Shown here: one piece after another, positions 51,869 to 62,550 of the stretch
How positions within the stretch are numbered: the first letter of the stretch is position 1
How the letters are laid out: the number at the start of each line of letters is the position of its first letter
Assembly: GCA_907165135.1 (NCBI GenBank)
Contig: OU015566.1
Coordinates: 12,772,001 to 12,836,000 of the forward strand
Direction of reading: 5' to 3'
Origin: Oikopleura dioica
Lineage: Eukaryota > Animalia > Chordata
Length of the DNA stretch: 64,000 nt
Notes under the pieces: generated by a model
What the model saw: only the letters and a program-made list of their open reading frames with translations
Databases searched by the model: none
Told to the model about the DNA's origin: nothing
Position numbers and translations under genes: made by a program

Positions 51869-52915
51869 TTAGCAGCCCATCTTGTCGTTGTAGAAGTTTC
51901 GGACCTTTCGAGCGGCTCGGATGACCTGTCGGTGGACCTTGCCTCGTCCTTCGCAAGCGTTGTTTCGGGCCCAGCTGTTGAGGGCGGCGTTGACTTGGCC
52001 ATTGAGCTTGCAGAAGTTACTTTCATCGAAGACCTGGACGTCGTCGGCGGAGTCGTCAGAGCCGAAGCCATTTTCTTCGTAGCAGTTTTCGCCGTTGTCA
52101 GCGTCAACAACCTTGTTGAAGACTTTGTAGAATCGGTTGACGTATCGCTCGGCCCAGGAAGCGTCTTCTGGAAGAGCAGCGGCGATTCTCTGGAAGATTA
52201 TATAAGAATCATGACTTGTTCAGTGACTAGTTAGTCGATAAGTTACAGACGATTACTTACGCCAAAGTGGTATTCAATGATGTCGAGTCGATCAGCCTCA
52301 ACAAGGTCGAATTCGAAACCACGTTTAGTAACGGAATGATCCGTGGTGAAACTGACTGTTGCCTGGCCTCCTAGAACAAACATGTCCTCGAATCCTCCGT
52401 TCGAAGCGTTGACGAGGTCAGCAGTCCATTTACCGCCCTCTTTGGGCTTCTCGGTTTCGCGTCTACGGCGTCTGTAAGGATCGGGGCCGCAGAAGTTCCT
52501 CTCTTCTCCGTTGGCAATGACCTTCACGAAGTCATATTGGCAGTTGTAGATAGTATACTCAAGCTCGAATCGATTGGCCTTGATGAAGAATCCGGGAACT
52601 CCTCGGATATCGATGGTCCAGGTGCATTGAGCTCTGTTGGGATAGTAGCCATAACCTGTGTCTGGAGACGAAAAAGTTTGAAGCTCAGTGATGCGGCCGC
52701 CACAATCGGTAAAAGTTGGTTCACCGTTTGTCGTGGTTTCAGTACTATAGTAAGGAGCAGAGGTCCCGGTAGGGTAATACTCAGTGGTACTCTCAGTAGT
52801 GGGGTAATAATACTCAGTGCTGTAGGAATAAGAGTAGGCAGATGCGCCGGCAATCAAGGAAAAAAGCTAAAATATACTTATTTACTTTCTTATTTCTCTG
52901 TGAACATACCTTCAT
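51869..52915 (-). CDS. Secreted protein: Tyr/Thr-rich linker + CUB domain + C-terminal 4-Cys module (copy 2)
   Basis: ORF 52243-52857 (CUB) plus a terminal exon near-identical to that of copy 1. Same MK| first exon and EYHFG| intron. Confidence 0.9.
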
Positions 52916-53900
52916 TCTCTAACTTTGTCAGATATTCTGATAAATTTTGAGTTGCTTCATGCGATTTTGTACTTTCTGAGTTCGGCCATCGGTAGGTGGC
53001 GGTGCGCTTACAGCGAGAGGTTGACCGTAAAAGAATTGCTGAGAGTGCTAAGGGCAATGTTTTGACCGAGATTAATGCAAATGTCGAAGAAATATAGAGA
53101 ATCCTGTAGAAAATAAGGGTAAATTATTTATCAGGAATCCCGTTTTTTTTTCAAAATCTGCGTGAAAATTGTATTGAAAAGAATAACTTGACGTTTTTAT
53201 CGGGAGAAGTCACATTTATTGTGAATCCATGCTCGAATTTCGGGTTCATTGGACGGTCTTTTGAAAAAGAAAGATTTTTTTACTGATATTCCTGAGTAAT
53301 AATTGCTTTCCTTCAATTATAAAATGAAAGATTTACCGCCTATTTGACCACAAACATTATTCCACCAGACGCAAACGTGTCTCTTCAGGATTAAATTTGT
53401 CGTAACATGGTAGAGCGGGTCAACTTGAGCTAGCGACTACACGATGTTGCTGATAACTGCCAATTTCAGGAGTGCGGATTTAGATAGAGAGGCGAATTTG
53501 CATTCGCTTCAAAGCAGAAGCCCGGCCAAGCGAAAGTTAAAATAAATGACTGGTTGTTGAGATAGCGATGTCGATCTGCGTGGCACTCTTCCGTTTGTAG
53601 TATCAACTCCGTTCCGTCATATTAGATATAACCGTATTAAATTGTTAGATCAGACTTTACCCAAGTGGAAGTTTAAAGTAATGACTGGTTGTCAAGATAG
53701 CAGTTGCTATTTATTATCATTACAATGTCAATCTGCGTGGTACAAATTAAAAGTCCCTTCAGACTGAACTCATAAAAAATCCACTTGAATTTCTTTGATT
53801 GCGAAATTCCAAAATGAAATCGCAAATTCGGTATATTTTTTTACTTGGCTTTATTCGCAAGAAAGAGATATCATATAAGATCAGAAGACTCAGAAGACAG

Positions 53901-54306
53901 ATTGAGCTTGCAGAAGTTACTTTCATCGAAGACCTGAACGTCGTCAGCAGAGTCGTCGGAGCCGAAGCCATTTTCTTCGTAGCAGTTTTCGCCGTTGTCA
54001 GCGTCGACAGCCTTGTTGAAGACTTTGTAGAATCGGTTGACGTATCGCTCGGCCCAAGAAGCGTCTTCTGGGAGGGCAGCGGCGATTCGCTGAAAATAAT
54101 TTTAACAAAAATTACTCTTCTAAATCGATGAGTAATCGACTATAACTTACGCCAAAGTGGTATTCAATGATGTCAAGTCGATCAGCCTCAACGAGGTCGA
54201 ATTCGAAACCACTTCGAGTTATGGAACCATCAGTGGTGAAGCTGACAGTAGCTTGGCCTCCTTGGACGAAAAGGTCGTCGAAGCCGTCGTTGGAAACATT
54301 GACGAG
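53901..54306 (-). pseudogene. Doubly truncated third CUB-module copy
   Basis: Homology runs only from LVNVSNDGFDDLF to ...DESNFCKLN. It lacks the signal peptide, most of the CUB domain and the last two Cys. Confidence 0.8.
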
Positions 54307-54797
54307 CGAATACGTCATAAAATGCTTCAAAAAGAGGACAAGAGCCGTCTAAATTCATTCTTTAAAACATTTGGCTACGTAAAACGTGCCCTCCGCGTTT
54401 ACCTAAAACAACCTAAACAATTTGTTTCGCCTGGATTTCAGAGCCATGATAGCCCTTTTAACCACTAATCGCATGGCAGTGGCTATGAGACTACCGTAAA
54501 TAGGGGTCCGTTGCTTTGTCGTTGATCGTGAAAGAACCCAAAATGAAAATATTAGTGTTCGGCAGCAAGAAAAAGTGTGGCAAGAAAAGGAAATCATGCG
54601 GATTTATTGTAATAATATCATGTAAATGCGTGCACCTCTAATATACCACGTGCGCAATATGTTTTGGCAGCATAGTTATTAAACGTTTCTAAGATTAGAT
54701 GTGACCGCTCTTACTATCCATAGTCTTGCAAATGCAAGATAAAGACAACTATCGTGCGTGAAAGAAAAAAATCGAATTTTAAAGAGCATATTTTTAG

Positions 54798-55173
54798 GTC
54801 ATTGGTATGTTCCACAATTCCTGGACTTTGAGCTTGAAACTGAGGTCGAAGATGGATACAACAAGGGTCTTCTCAAAATAACTCTTCCATGCTCAGGTGA
54901 TTGAAAAAGACATAAAGCAGTAGTATATCGTTGAAAGAATGGGACAACGCATATGCGAGAGAATGGCGAATTGGCGGAGAAGTGGATTCCTGGCCGAAAT
55001 TCCTCTGCGTGTTTTTATCCAACTGGCCGAAATTGATCCTTAATTTTTTCATCATCATCGTTCTACTTTTCGTGCTGGTGAAAATTTCTTGCACTGGTAG
55101 AGGGCAGTCAGGGCTTATTGGCAGCTCCATTGATGTCGATAGAGAAGCGTCCGAGAATACTGAGAGACGGTAG
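54798..55173 (+). CDS. Possible hypothetical single-pass membrane protein (partial model)
   Basis: Two segments join in frame through a GT-AG intron: GHWYVPQFLDFELETEVEDGYNKGLLKITLPCS|EWDNAYARE...LILNFFIIIVLLFVLVKISC. The start was not found. Confidence 0.3.
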
Positions 55174-55943
55174 TTTGCAAATTTAGCTATTTCTCAATTT
55201 ATCAAAAGTGTTTAGACGCAGGGCGAAAGAACGATCTCTTCGAGAGAAGATACAAGAAGGAAGAAAGAGCGAATACCTTTCTAGTAGAACGAGTACTCCA
55301 TCATCATGTTCAAAAAAGAGAATTACAAAATAAAAACAGTATTGGTCTATCCAATTTTATATCAAAAGAGACGTTTATATTTGGAATAATGTTTCTTTTA
55401 TATGTTCAACTTGTCGATAAGACTGTTCTGAACTTATTTTGATTTTAAAACTTTTATAAATAGTATCAAAATTGGCAGCTTTTGGCAGTCAACTGGCAGC
55501 TGGTCTATCTTCGGTTTATATTAATGCAAGAAATATTAATGCATAAGCAGTTTCTAGAAGCGAAAATTGAGTCTGTCAAAGTGTCATTTTAGAAGCTAAT
55601 AAATCTAAACGCTATAAAAAGACTTGCGTGGACCTACAGACATGGCTACTGATTGGTAAACTTGAATGTGGCAGTAGGTGTTTCAGAGAAAATCGAGCTT
55701 ATTTATGACCCCTGTTTCAGCTACTGACTACTTGAGAGATAAAAGACACAGAGCTTGATTTTGAATAAGCCTCGATCAGAGGAATCCTTTTGTTCAGAAC
55801 AGGCCGAGATTCCAGACTAGACGAAATACTTGTTTTTAAAAGCTTTTCCTTTGAGTAAATTTCCACTTTCTTCGGGCGCGTCTCAGTGATTTTCCATCGC
55901 GTTCGTCTTATCTGATAAATTTAAGAAGACAAAAAACGGTAAT

Positions 55944-58036
55944 ATGTCGAAAAAAGAGGAGAACCAGCTTATAGAGGAGCAACAAGAGAAAAAAGGCTTT
56001 GATCGTGTTTGGGATAGATTGCCGCACATATCATGGTATCAGTTCCGAATCACGACTCTACCTTCCGTAGCGTCGCTCGTCGGGGGTTTCATGTCCATTT
56101 ATCCGGTTTTTGCGCAGTTCAAGGTGGAAAAGAAATGGTTGCGTTTTTCGTAAAATGTATTTTAGCCGCAATATCGCTGCCAAACAGCGCTAGATAAAGC
56201 AGGACTAGACGTAGATCTGTCATTCCAAGAGATTTTTGATCTGACTACAAGCACTCCGTATTGCCAAGGTAAGAAGAGGCGGGTAAAATATCATCTCTAT
56301 CCAAAAGGTTATCAAAGCAATCAGCTTGGCGGGTGCTTCTTCTGCGATTTTTCCCCAGAAACAATTACTTCTTGCGATTCAACTTCTTTCTCATCTCTGA
56401 AATCATGCCTCGGAAAAAGAGAGGCTCAAGAAAACTCGACTTGGCGATCATGCGAAGATTACCAATACGACCGCGGAACTCGTGGAAATGAGACGAACTT
56501 CAGAGGAGAGCAGTGGGAAACGGCAGTGACTGAATTTACTCTTCACTGTGGGATGGAATGGTTCGACTCCTTGTCCACTGCGCTTGGACTCCTTGGCCTT
56601 CTAGGTGGCGCATTTTTAGCCGGACTCTATTCAGGTACACAAGATGGCACTAACCTAACTTTTTTTATCTACTAAAGAATTCAGCAAGGTGCAGATCAGT
56701 CAGGCAGTGTCAAAAACACGTGCAAAATCCATTACATAACAGATAATGAAGTACTTTCTCGCGTCGTCACTACGCTTACCTTTTCGTCAATTCAGATCGT
56801 TTTGGTAGAAAGAATTCTCTTCTGCTTTGGCACGCTGTCGTTGGAGCTCTTCTTATCATCATGTCATTTATGACGACGAAGTGGGGATACTTGGTCTTCA
56901 GAATATTTTCGAACGGAATTCATCACACATCATGGCTAGCATTCGTTGTTTACTCGCTTGAAGTTCTTGGGCCGTCGAAACGCGCAGTTTCTGGAGCTAC
57001 TACTCATATCTACTACGGCGTTGGGTACATGCTCACATCCATCCTGGGCTACTACTTCCCTGATTGGCGCGATTTTACCTTCGCCATCGCTGTCATTCAC
57101 CTCGTTACTCTCGTTGTTGCTCCATTCTTCCCTGAAAGCCCAAGTTTCTTGTATGCAAAGAAGAAGCCCGTCCAAGCTCGCAAAATTCTCAAAACTTTCT
57201 CCGAGAAAACCAACAAAAGCCTCGATGACAAATTCCTCGACCAGTTGGAAGCTGAAATCAACGAGAAAAACAACACCGAGTTAAATAATGAAATGGTGAA
57301 AAAATTCACGATCATCGACCTTTTTTGCCATCGTTTACTTGCGAAAAACACGCTGATCATTGCCTTTGGCTTCTTCTCCGGCGTTCTTGGCTACTATGGT
57401 TTATCGTTCAATGTCAGCAGTCTATCAGGAAACCTCTATCTCAACAATGCTATCAATGGCTTCATGGAAATCATCAGCTACATCGTCGTTATGACACTGA
57501 TGGAGTTTTGCGGAAGAAGATGGTGCTGCGGAGGAATCATGTTTTTCGGAGGAATAGTCTCACTTCTCTGCGGAACTTTACAACTCTTTGGCTACGTTAA
57601 CGGTGTTCGATGGCTTTCATTTATCGGTAAGTCATTTCAGTTCTTTGTTAGATTAAGGATTTTTAGGAAAATTTGCTGTTAGTGGCGCTTTATGCTCTAT
57701 TTACATTTTCGCCGGCGAGATTTTTCCGACAGAAATTCGCTCCACTGGAATTGGCTTTGGATCGATGGTTGGGCGACTGGGTGGATTCATGAGCCCATTT
57801 ATCATTCAAATATCGAACAAGGTCCTTGTCTACTCGATTTTCGGAATCGTCGGAGTCCTCGGAGGAGGCCTCGTCTTTATGCTTCCCGAAGTGAAGGTAC
57901 CAATTGTAATTTTTCTATGAAAGAAGGTCATTCTCTTTCTAAGGGTAAACCAATTCATCACACAATCGAAGAAGCTGTAGAATTTTATGAACATCCTAAA
58001 GGAAAACCAGAATCTATGAAGATGAGAAAACTTTGA
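55944..58036 (+). CDS. SLC22 organic cation transporter-like MFS protein
   Basis: PQYRC, TAVTEFTLHC, DRFGRK, YSLEVLGPSKR, PFFPESPSFL, GYYGLSF, GNLYLN, EIFPTEIRSTG, LPE.KG motifs. Confidence 0.92.
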
Positions 58037-58111
58037 TCCAATGCCACTCTTTTTATGACCAATAAAAAGTCAAAATTAATTTAAGTTTATTGATTAGTTC
58101 GGGCAGTATTA

Positions 58112-61100
58112 TCAAGTTGATTCTAAAGTCTCTTTTCTTGAGTCAAGGACATTTGAATCTCCATCACTTGAGCTACTAGTTTGATAGCTCTCTGAAGTGT
58201 CCAGAAGGTCGTCCTTGAGTTCGGATTTACTCTCGTTTGTCTTTGACCAAGGCTGTTCTTCAACGGAAAACATCGTCTAAAGGAAAAATAAAAAATCTTT
58301 GAATGAAATTTTACTTACAATGTAGCAAATGCCCGTAAAATAATTGATAAAAATACCAATCAAAAACAGATATCCATATGAAATTTCCGAGTGCCCGTAG
58401 CGGTCAAAGAAAATGCCAGCAATCGCAGGTCCCCAGAATCCGGTTGTATTCGCGGCTACATTTGCCAATCCATTGATGACTCCTGCAAGAGTTGGAGCCA
58501 GATCATTTGGATTACTCTTGAAAAGATGGTGTTACAGAGCGATCTGACGCTTTTATACCTTGACACTAACTGCTTGGAAACCCATCAAAATCATCGTGAA
58601 ACTAAGAGCCCAAAAGGCTGCATTTCCGCTGCAACCTATTATCTTTTCGTGAGCAAAAGCAAGGGTAAGAGGCATGACGAAAAATCCAAGAGCAATGTAC
58701 CAAATTCTAATTTTTAGAAGACCGATCTTTCTCGCCATCCGATCGCAGACAACTGCAAGCAGCAAAATGGAAATTATATGGACGAGAATAGAGAGGCCAG
58801 AGATAAGACCAGCAAGCGAACCATCAAGTCCAAGAAGATTCTTCATCAGCTGAGGGAAAAGAGTGGCGACCATGAAGAATTGATAGTTTGTCCCAATTTG
58901 AGCGAGTACAAACGCCCAAACTTCCTTTGATTTGACCATTTCACGGAAAGGAATCGACTGCTTCTTCGATTTTTTCTCCGCATTTGGAAGCAACATAAGT
59001 TCTTCTTTGGTGATTCTAGGGTGGAGTGCAGGAGTATCATAGACAAAGTAGCTCCAAAACAAAGCCCAAGTAAAACTCAGCGCAGCTGGTATATAAAAAA
59101 GCCACTCCCAGCCGCAATACTTTGAAATCAATCCGCCACCCATCAATGTCGTTACTTTTGTGATTACATAAGCTTGTTAATTTCGTACAAACGAGAATCT
59201 TTGGTTATGTAACGCTCCTGAACCGAGTCCAGCTCCAGCAAAAGGGATCATAATGAGGGTAGATCTTTCCTTTTCAGGCGCCCAATGGCCCCAAGCACCT
59301 TGAATCGATGGAAACCAGCCTGTCTACGAAAAGACCTTGAGATCAACGAAGAGTCATTCAAAATCTACCTGAAGGACTCCCAAAACGACCCGATTTGCCA
59401 CGGCCAGCCAGTAGTTTGTTCTCGCGAAAAGTGGGAAAGATGCAGAAAGCAAAGCAGCTCCAAGGGCACTGATCATCAAAACTCTTTTGAATCCGTACTT
59501 GAAGGCCAAACTTCCACCGAACAGATGGCACGGAACATAACCGAAGTAGTAGTATCCGATCAGGTTCATTTGCTGACTCGGAGACCAGTCGAACTCGTAA
59601 GAATCCGTGGCGGAAGAAAGGTTTGTGCTTGTAGAATCGATGACATCTTCCGAGCATCTTGGAGTAAACTCGACCTCTTTTGTCGACGGAGGCGCCATAC
59701 TGATTATACTTTATCGGGATCAAAATTAAGTAGCTAAAATATAGCTGATATTTTGAAATATTAATCCCCCTCCCTGATGATTATATTCATCCTCGTTGTG
59801 TACATTATCACCATGCCCAGAAAGGACAGCAAAGTGAGCACATATCTCTGCTGCATTTTCAATCGCTTTTCTTAATAAAAATAATCTTTTGAGCGAATCA
59901 ATCAATTTTGACGAGCTTAGAAATCATATGATTTTGTTGTGGTTCACGAAAAAGCCGATCCTGATTCTATCTTGTTTTCATATTTTTCTCGCGCAACGTA
60001 TTTATGCGGAGCGCGCTGCCACTTTTACACACTTCGTTCTCGCCGCTCCTCGGAGCACTACAAAATATACCAGTTCTTTTTCCTACGCAAGACCGTGTTC
60101 AGTTTTTGCAGCTTATTCGAGAGCCAACATAAAATGGTACCAGGAACAATCTGAACCCTCGCCCTCAACTTCGTCTACTTTAATTTTTATTGTTGGAATC
60201 TCGCCTACTCCTCGCTGGTAGAGAACGAACGTCATTCGCCCATCTCTGGACATCCCGCTACTACTTTCTTGCGCTCAACGTTGGCTACGACAACGACCTC
60301 TCCCTCGCTGGTTTACTGTTAGCTGGCGCATGAATCAAACCGCGAAACTCTCGCGTCACTCTTTACTCGTGTCGAGTTTTCGGCACATAAAGAGTGCCCT
60401 AAAAAGGTAGTTCAACCGTCTGAGCCACTTACCTCGATTTTCTCGTGCTCAACGCCGTCAACGTCAGTTTCAACGCGTTCGACCTCCCCTCAATTCCTTT
60501 CTCCGTTGACGCATGGAAATCTCCCGCCAAAACCTCACATTTCTAACGGCACTCTGCATCAAAATCACCAACGTCGATCTCACGAGCGATCTTCTCTCCA
60601 TCTTCGAGTCTTGGTCACATCACCGCTCAAGTTCAACTCTAATCTCGCGAGAGATCTTCCCGCCATTTTCAACTTAAGAGTTTGACCTCCGCTCACTCCA
60701 CCGACATGATTTTGATCGCCAAAACTTCAAAACAACTTCAATTTCTTCACCTCTTCACCAATCCATATCAATGCTCACAACTACTCCTCTCTTCTCAACC
60801 CAACTCTCTGCTCGTCATCAGCTCGGGGGGTACGATGCATCCTTCGCTCGCTTCTCCTGTCTCTCATCTCTACTATGCGCTCGACTCAAGACGCACAAAA
60901 CTCAGCTGATCGACTTCGCAGACCTTCAACTACAACTACTACTATAACTACAATCTCAACTTCTAAGCCCAGCTTCAGTCCTGGCACACCACTCTCCTTC
61001 AAGCCCAGCACTCGCCCTGGCAACCAACTCAACCTCAATCAACTCTCACTAAGCCCAGCTCAAGCCCTGGCACTACTACTAAAACCTACCAAGACCAGCC

Positions 61101-62184
61101 CTAGTCCTGGCAATCCTCACTACTCTTCAAACCCAGCTCTAGCCCTGGTACTGCTCGCTTCTCTCCCGTCTACATCTACAAGCCCAGCTATTGTCCTGGC
61201 AATCCTGACTTCTATCAATCTCGCCTCTACCTGGCTTCTCTCTTTAACTCCAAATCCAGCTCTCGCCCTGGTAACTCTACAATTTCTACTCATCTTTAGT
61301 TCTATTCTTCTACAATTTCACCCTGATCGCCTGCTTCTTCTCTTCCGAATCACCGTGCTCGTGCTCAAAACCTGCGCAGCGCGCCCAGTCAACTCTACTC
61401 ATCACCCTAGAATCATCATCGTCTGGGGGGCTGTTGTGGTTCACGAAAAAGCCGATCCTGATTCTATCTTGTTTTCATATTTTTCTCGCGCAACGTATTT
61501 ATGCGGAGCGCGCTGCCACTTTTACACACTTCGTTCTCGCCCGCTCTAGGGAGCTCTACCAAATATACCAGTTTTTCCCTACGCTAGAACCGTGTTCAAG
61601 TTTTAGCAGTTATTCGAGAGCCAACAATTTCTTAGAAGTCCGTAACTTTTAGTAGCTTACATTCTGGCCTATTTTTTAATGACCTGCTTTCTCTCTACAT
61701 CTCTACATCTCTTAACATCGACGTTCGAACAAGATTCTTATTAAGACCGTTCTTATTCGAAGAATACCCAACTTTTCTAGGATGTAAAAAACGGTACAAC
61801 AATTCGATAACCATGTCGTAATTGAGGGTGTTAACAAGTTTTAGTAGATTTATAGTAGCATGGTTTATCTTACCAATTTATTACTTCCTCGGGGGGAAAA
61901 GCAACCTTTTCTCTAGTATCAAGTGCAATTAAAATTCTCGTGCAGCAAACTGATGAAAACAGGAGGGTGGTGGCGATAGCGTATTTCGAAATGTTGAGGA
62001 ACTCAAGTACACTTCATGAAAGAAATTGTCGTATCGAATCCTGATGACATAAAAATAAAGGTGTCTTCTTATGCCATAAAAAGGGCATCTCCAGGAGACA
62101 GAGTAGCTACTTATTTGAAACTTTCCGTACCATGAATTTGAGTATTTTACAAATTTCATCATTTTCATCCTTTTCAAGGGTCAT
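58112..62184 (-). CDS. SLC17 (sialin/anion:cation symporter)-like MFS protein; putative first exon 62184-62131, intron 1 carries the LTR element
   Basis: QRYVLTLLSFLG..YTTRMN, FDWSPSQQ..LIGYYYFGY, GGSLAFKYG, GWEWLFY, YDTPALHPRITKEE, DLAPTLAGVINGLAN..A, EEQPW. First-exon assignment is tentative; the fallback start is ATG 59856. Confidence 0.85.
59935..61626 (+). mobile_element. Non-autonomous LTR retroelement, 1692 bp; LTRs 59935-60129 and 61432-61626
   Basis: 195-bp direct repeats with TGTTG...CAACA ends, ATTT TSD on both sides, PBS-like TGGTACCAGGA at 60135, GGGGGG PPT just before the 3' LTR. No RT/IN motifs inside. Confidence 0.9.
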
Positions 62185-62550
62185 TTAAGTTCAGTAAACT
62201 GATGAACTAAGCGTGAGGGTGACGGCTCGCCTCGGGACACTTCAAATGAAATATATCATATATATTATATATCTAAATAAAAAATTTGGAAATAATTTGA
62301 AAAGATATGATCGAAGACGTCTAATTAGTTATTTTTTATTTGACCTTCAAAATTTGACGTTTTCTGCTGATTCTACCGAGCCCCTATCGAACGCGCGATC
62401 CAATTTCTTATTTGTGTCCTTGAATCAAGAACGCGAGAAGTTGAAACTTTCGCATTTCTCTTGCTTATTTACGTCAATGCTGTTTATTCATCGCCGCAAT
62501 AAAACAGAAGGCAGACTTCAAAATGATCACACCATAAAATTTTCATAAAA

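Noticed and set aside
60875-61549. 224-aa ORF as an intact gag or env gene
   Set aside because: Low-complexity product of a G-poor strand; the internal repeats fall in different frames, the ORF runs into the 3' LTR, and no retroviral motif is present.
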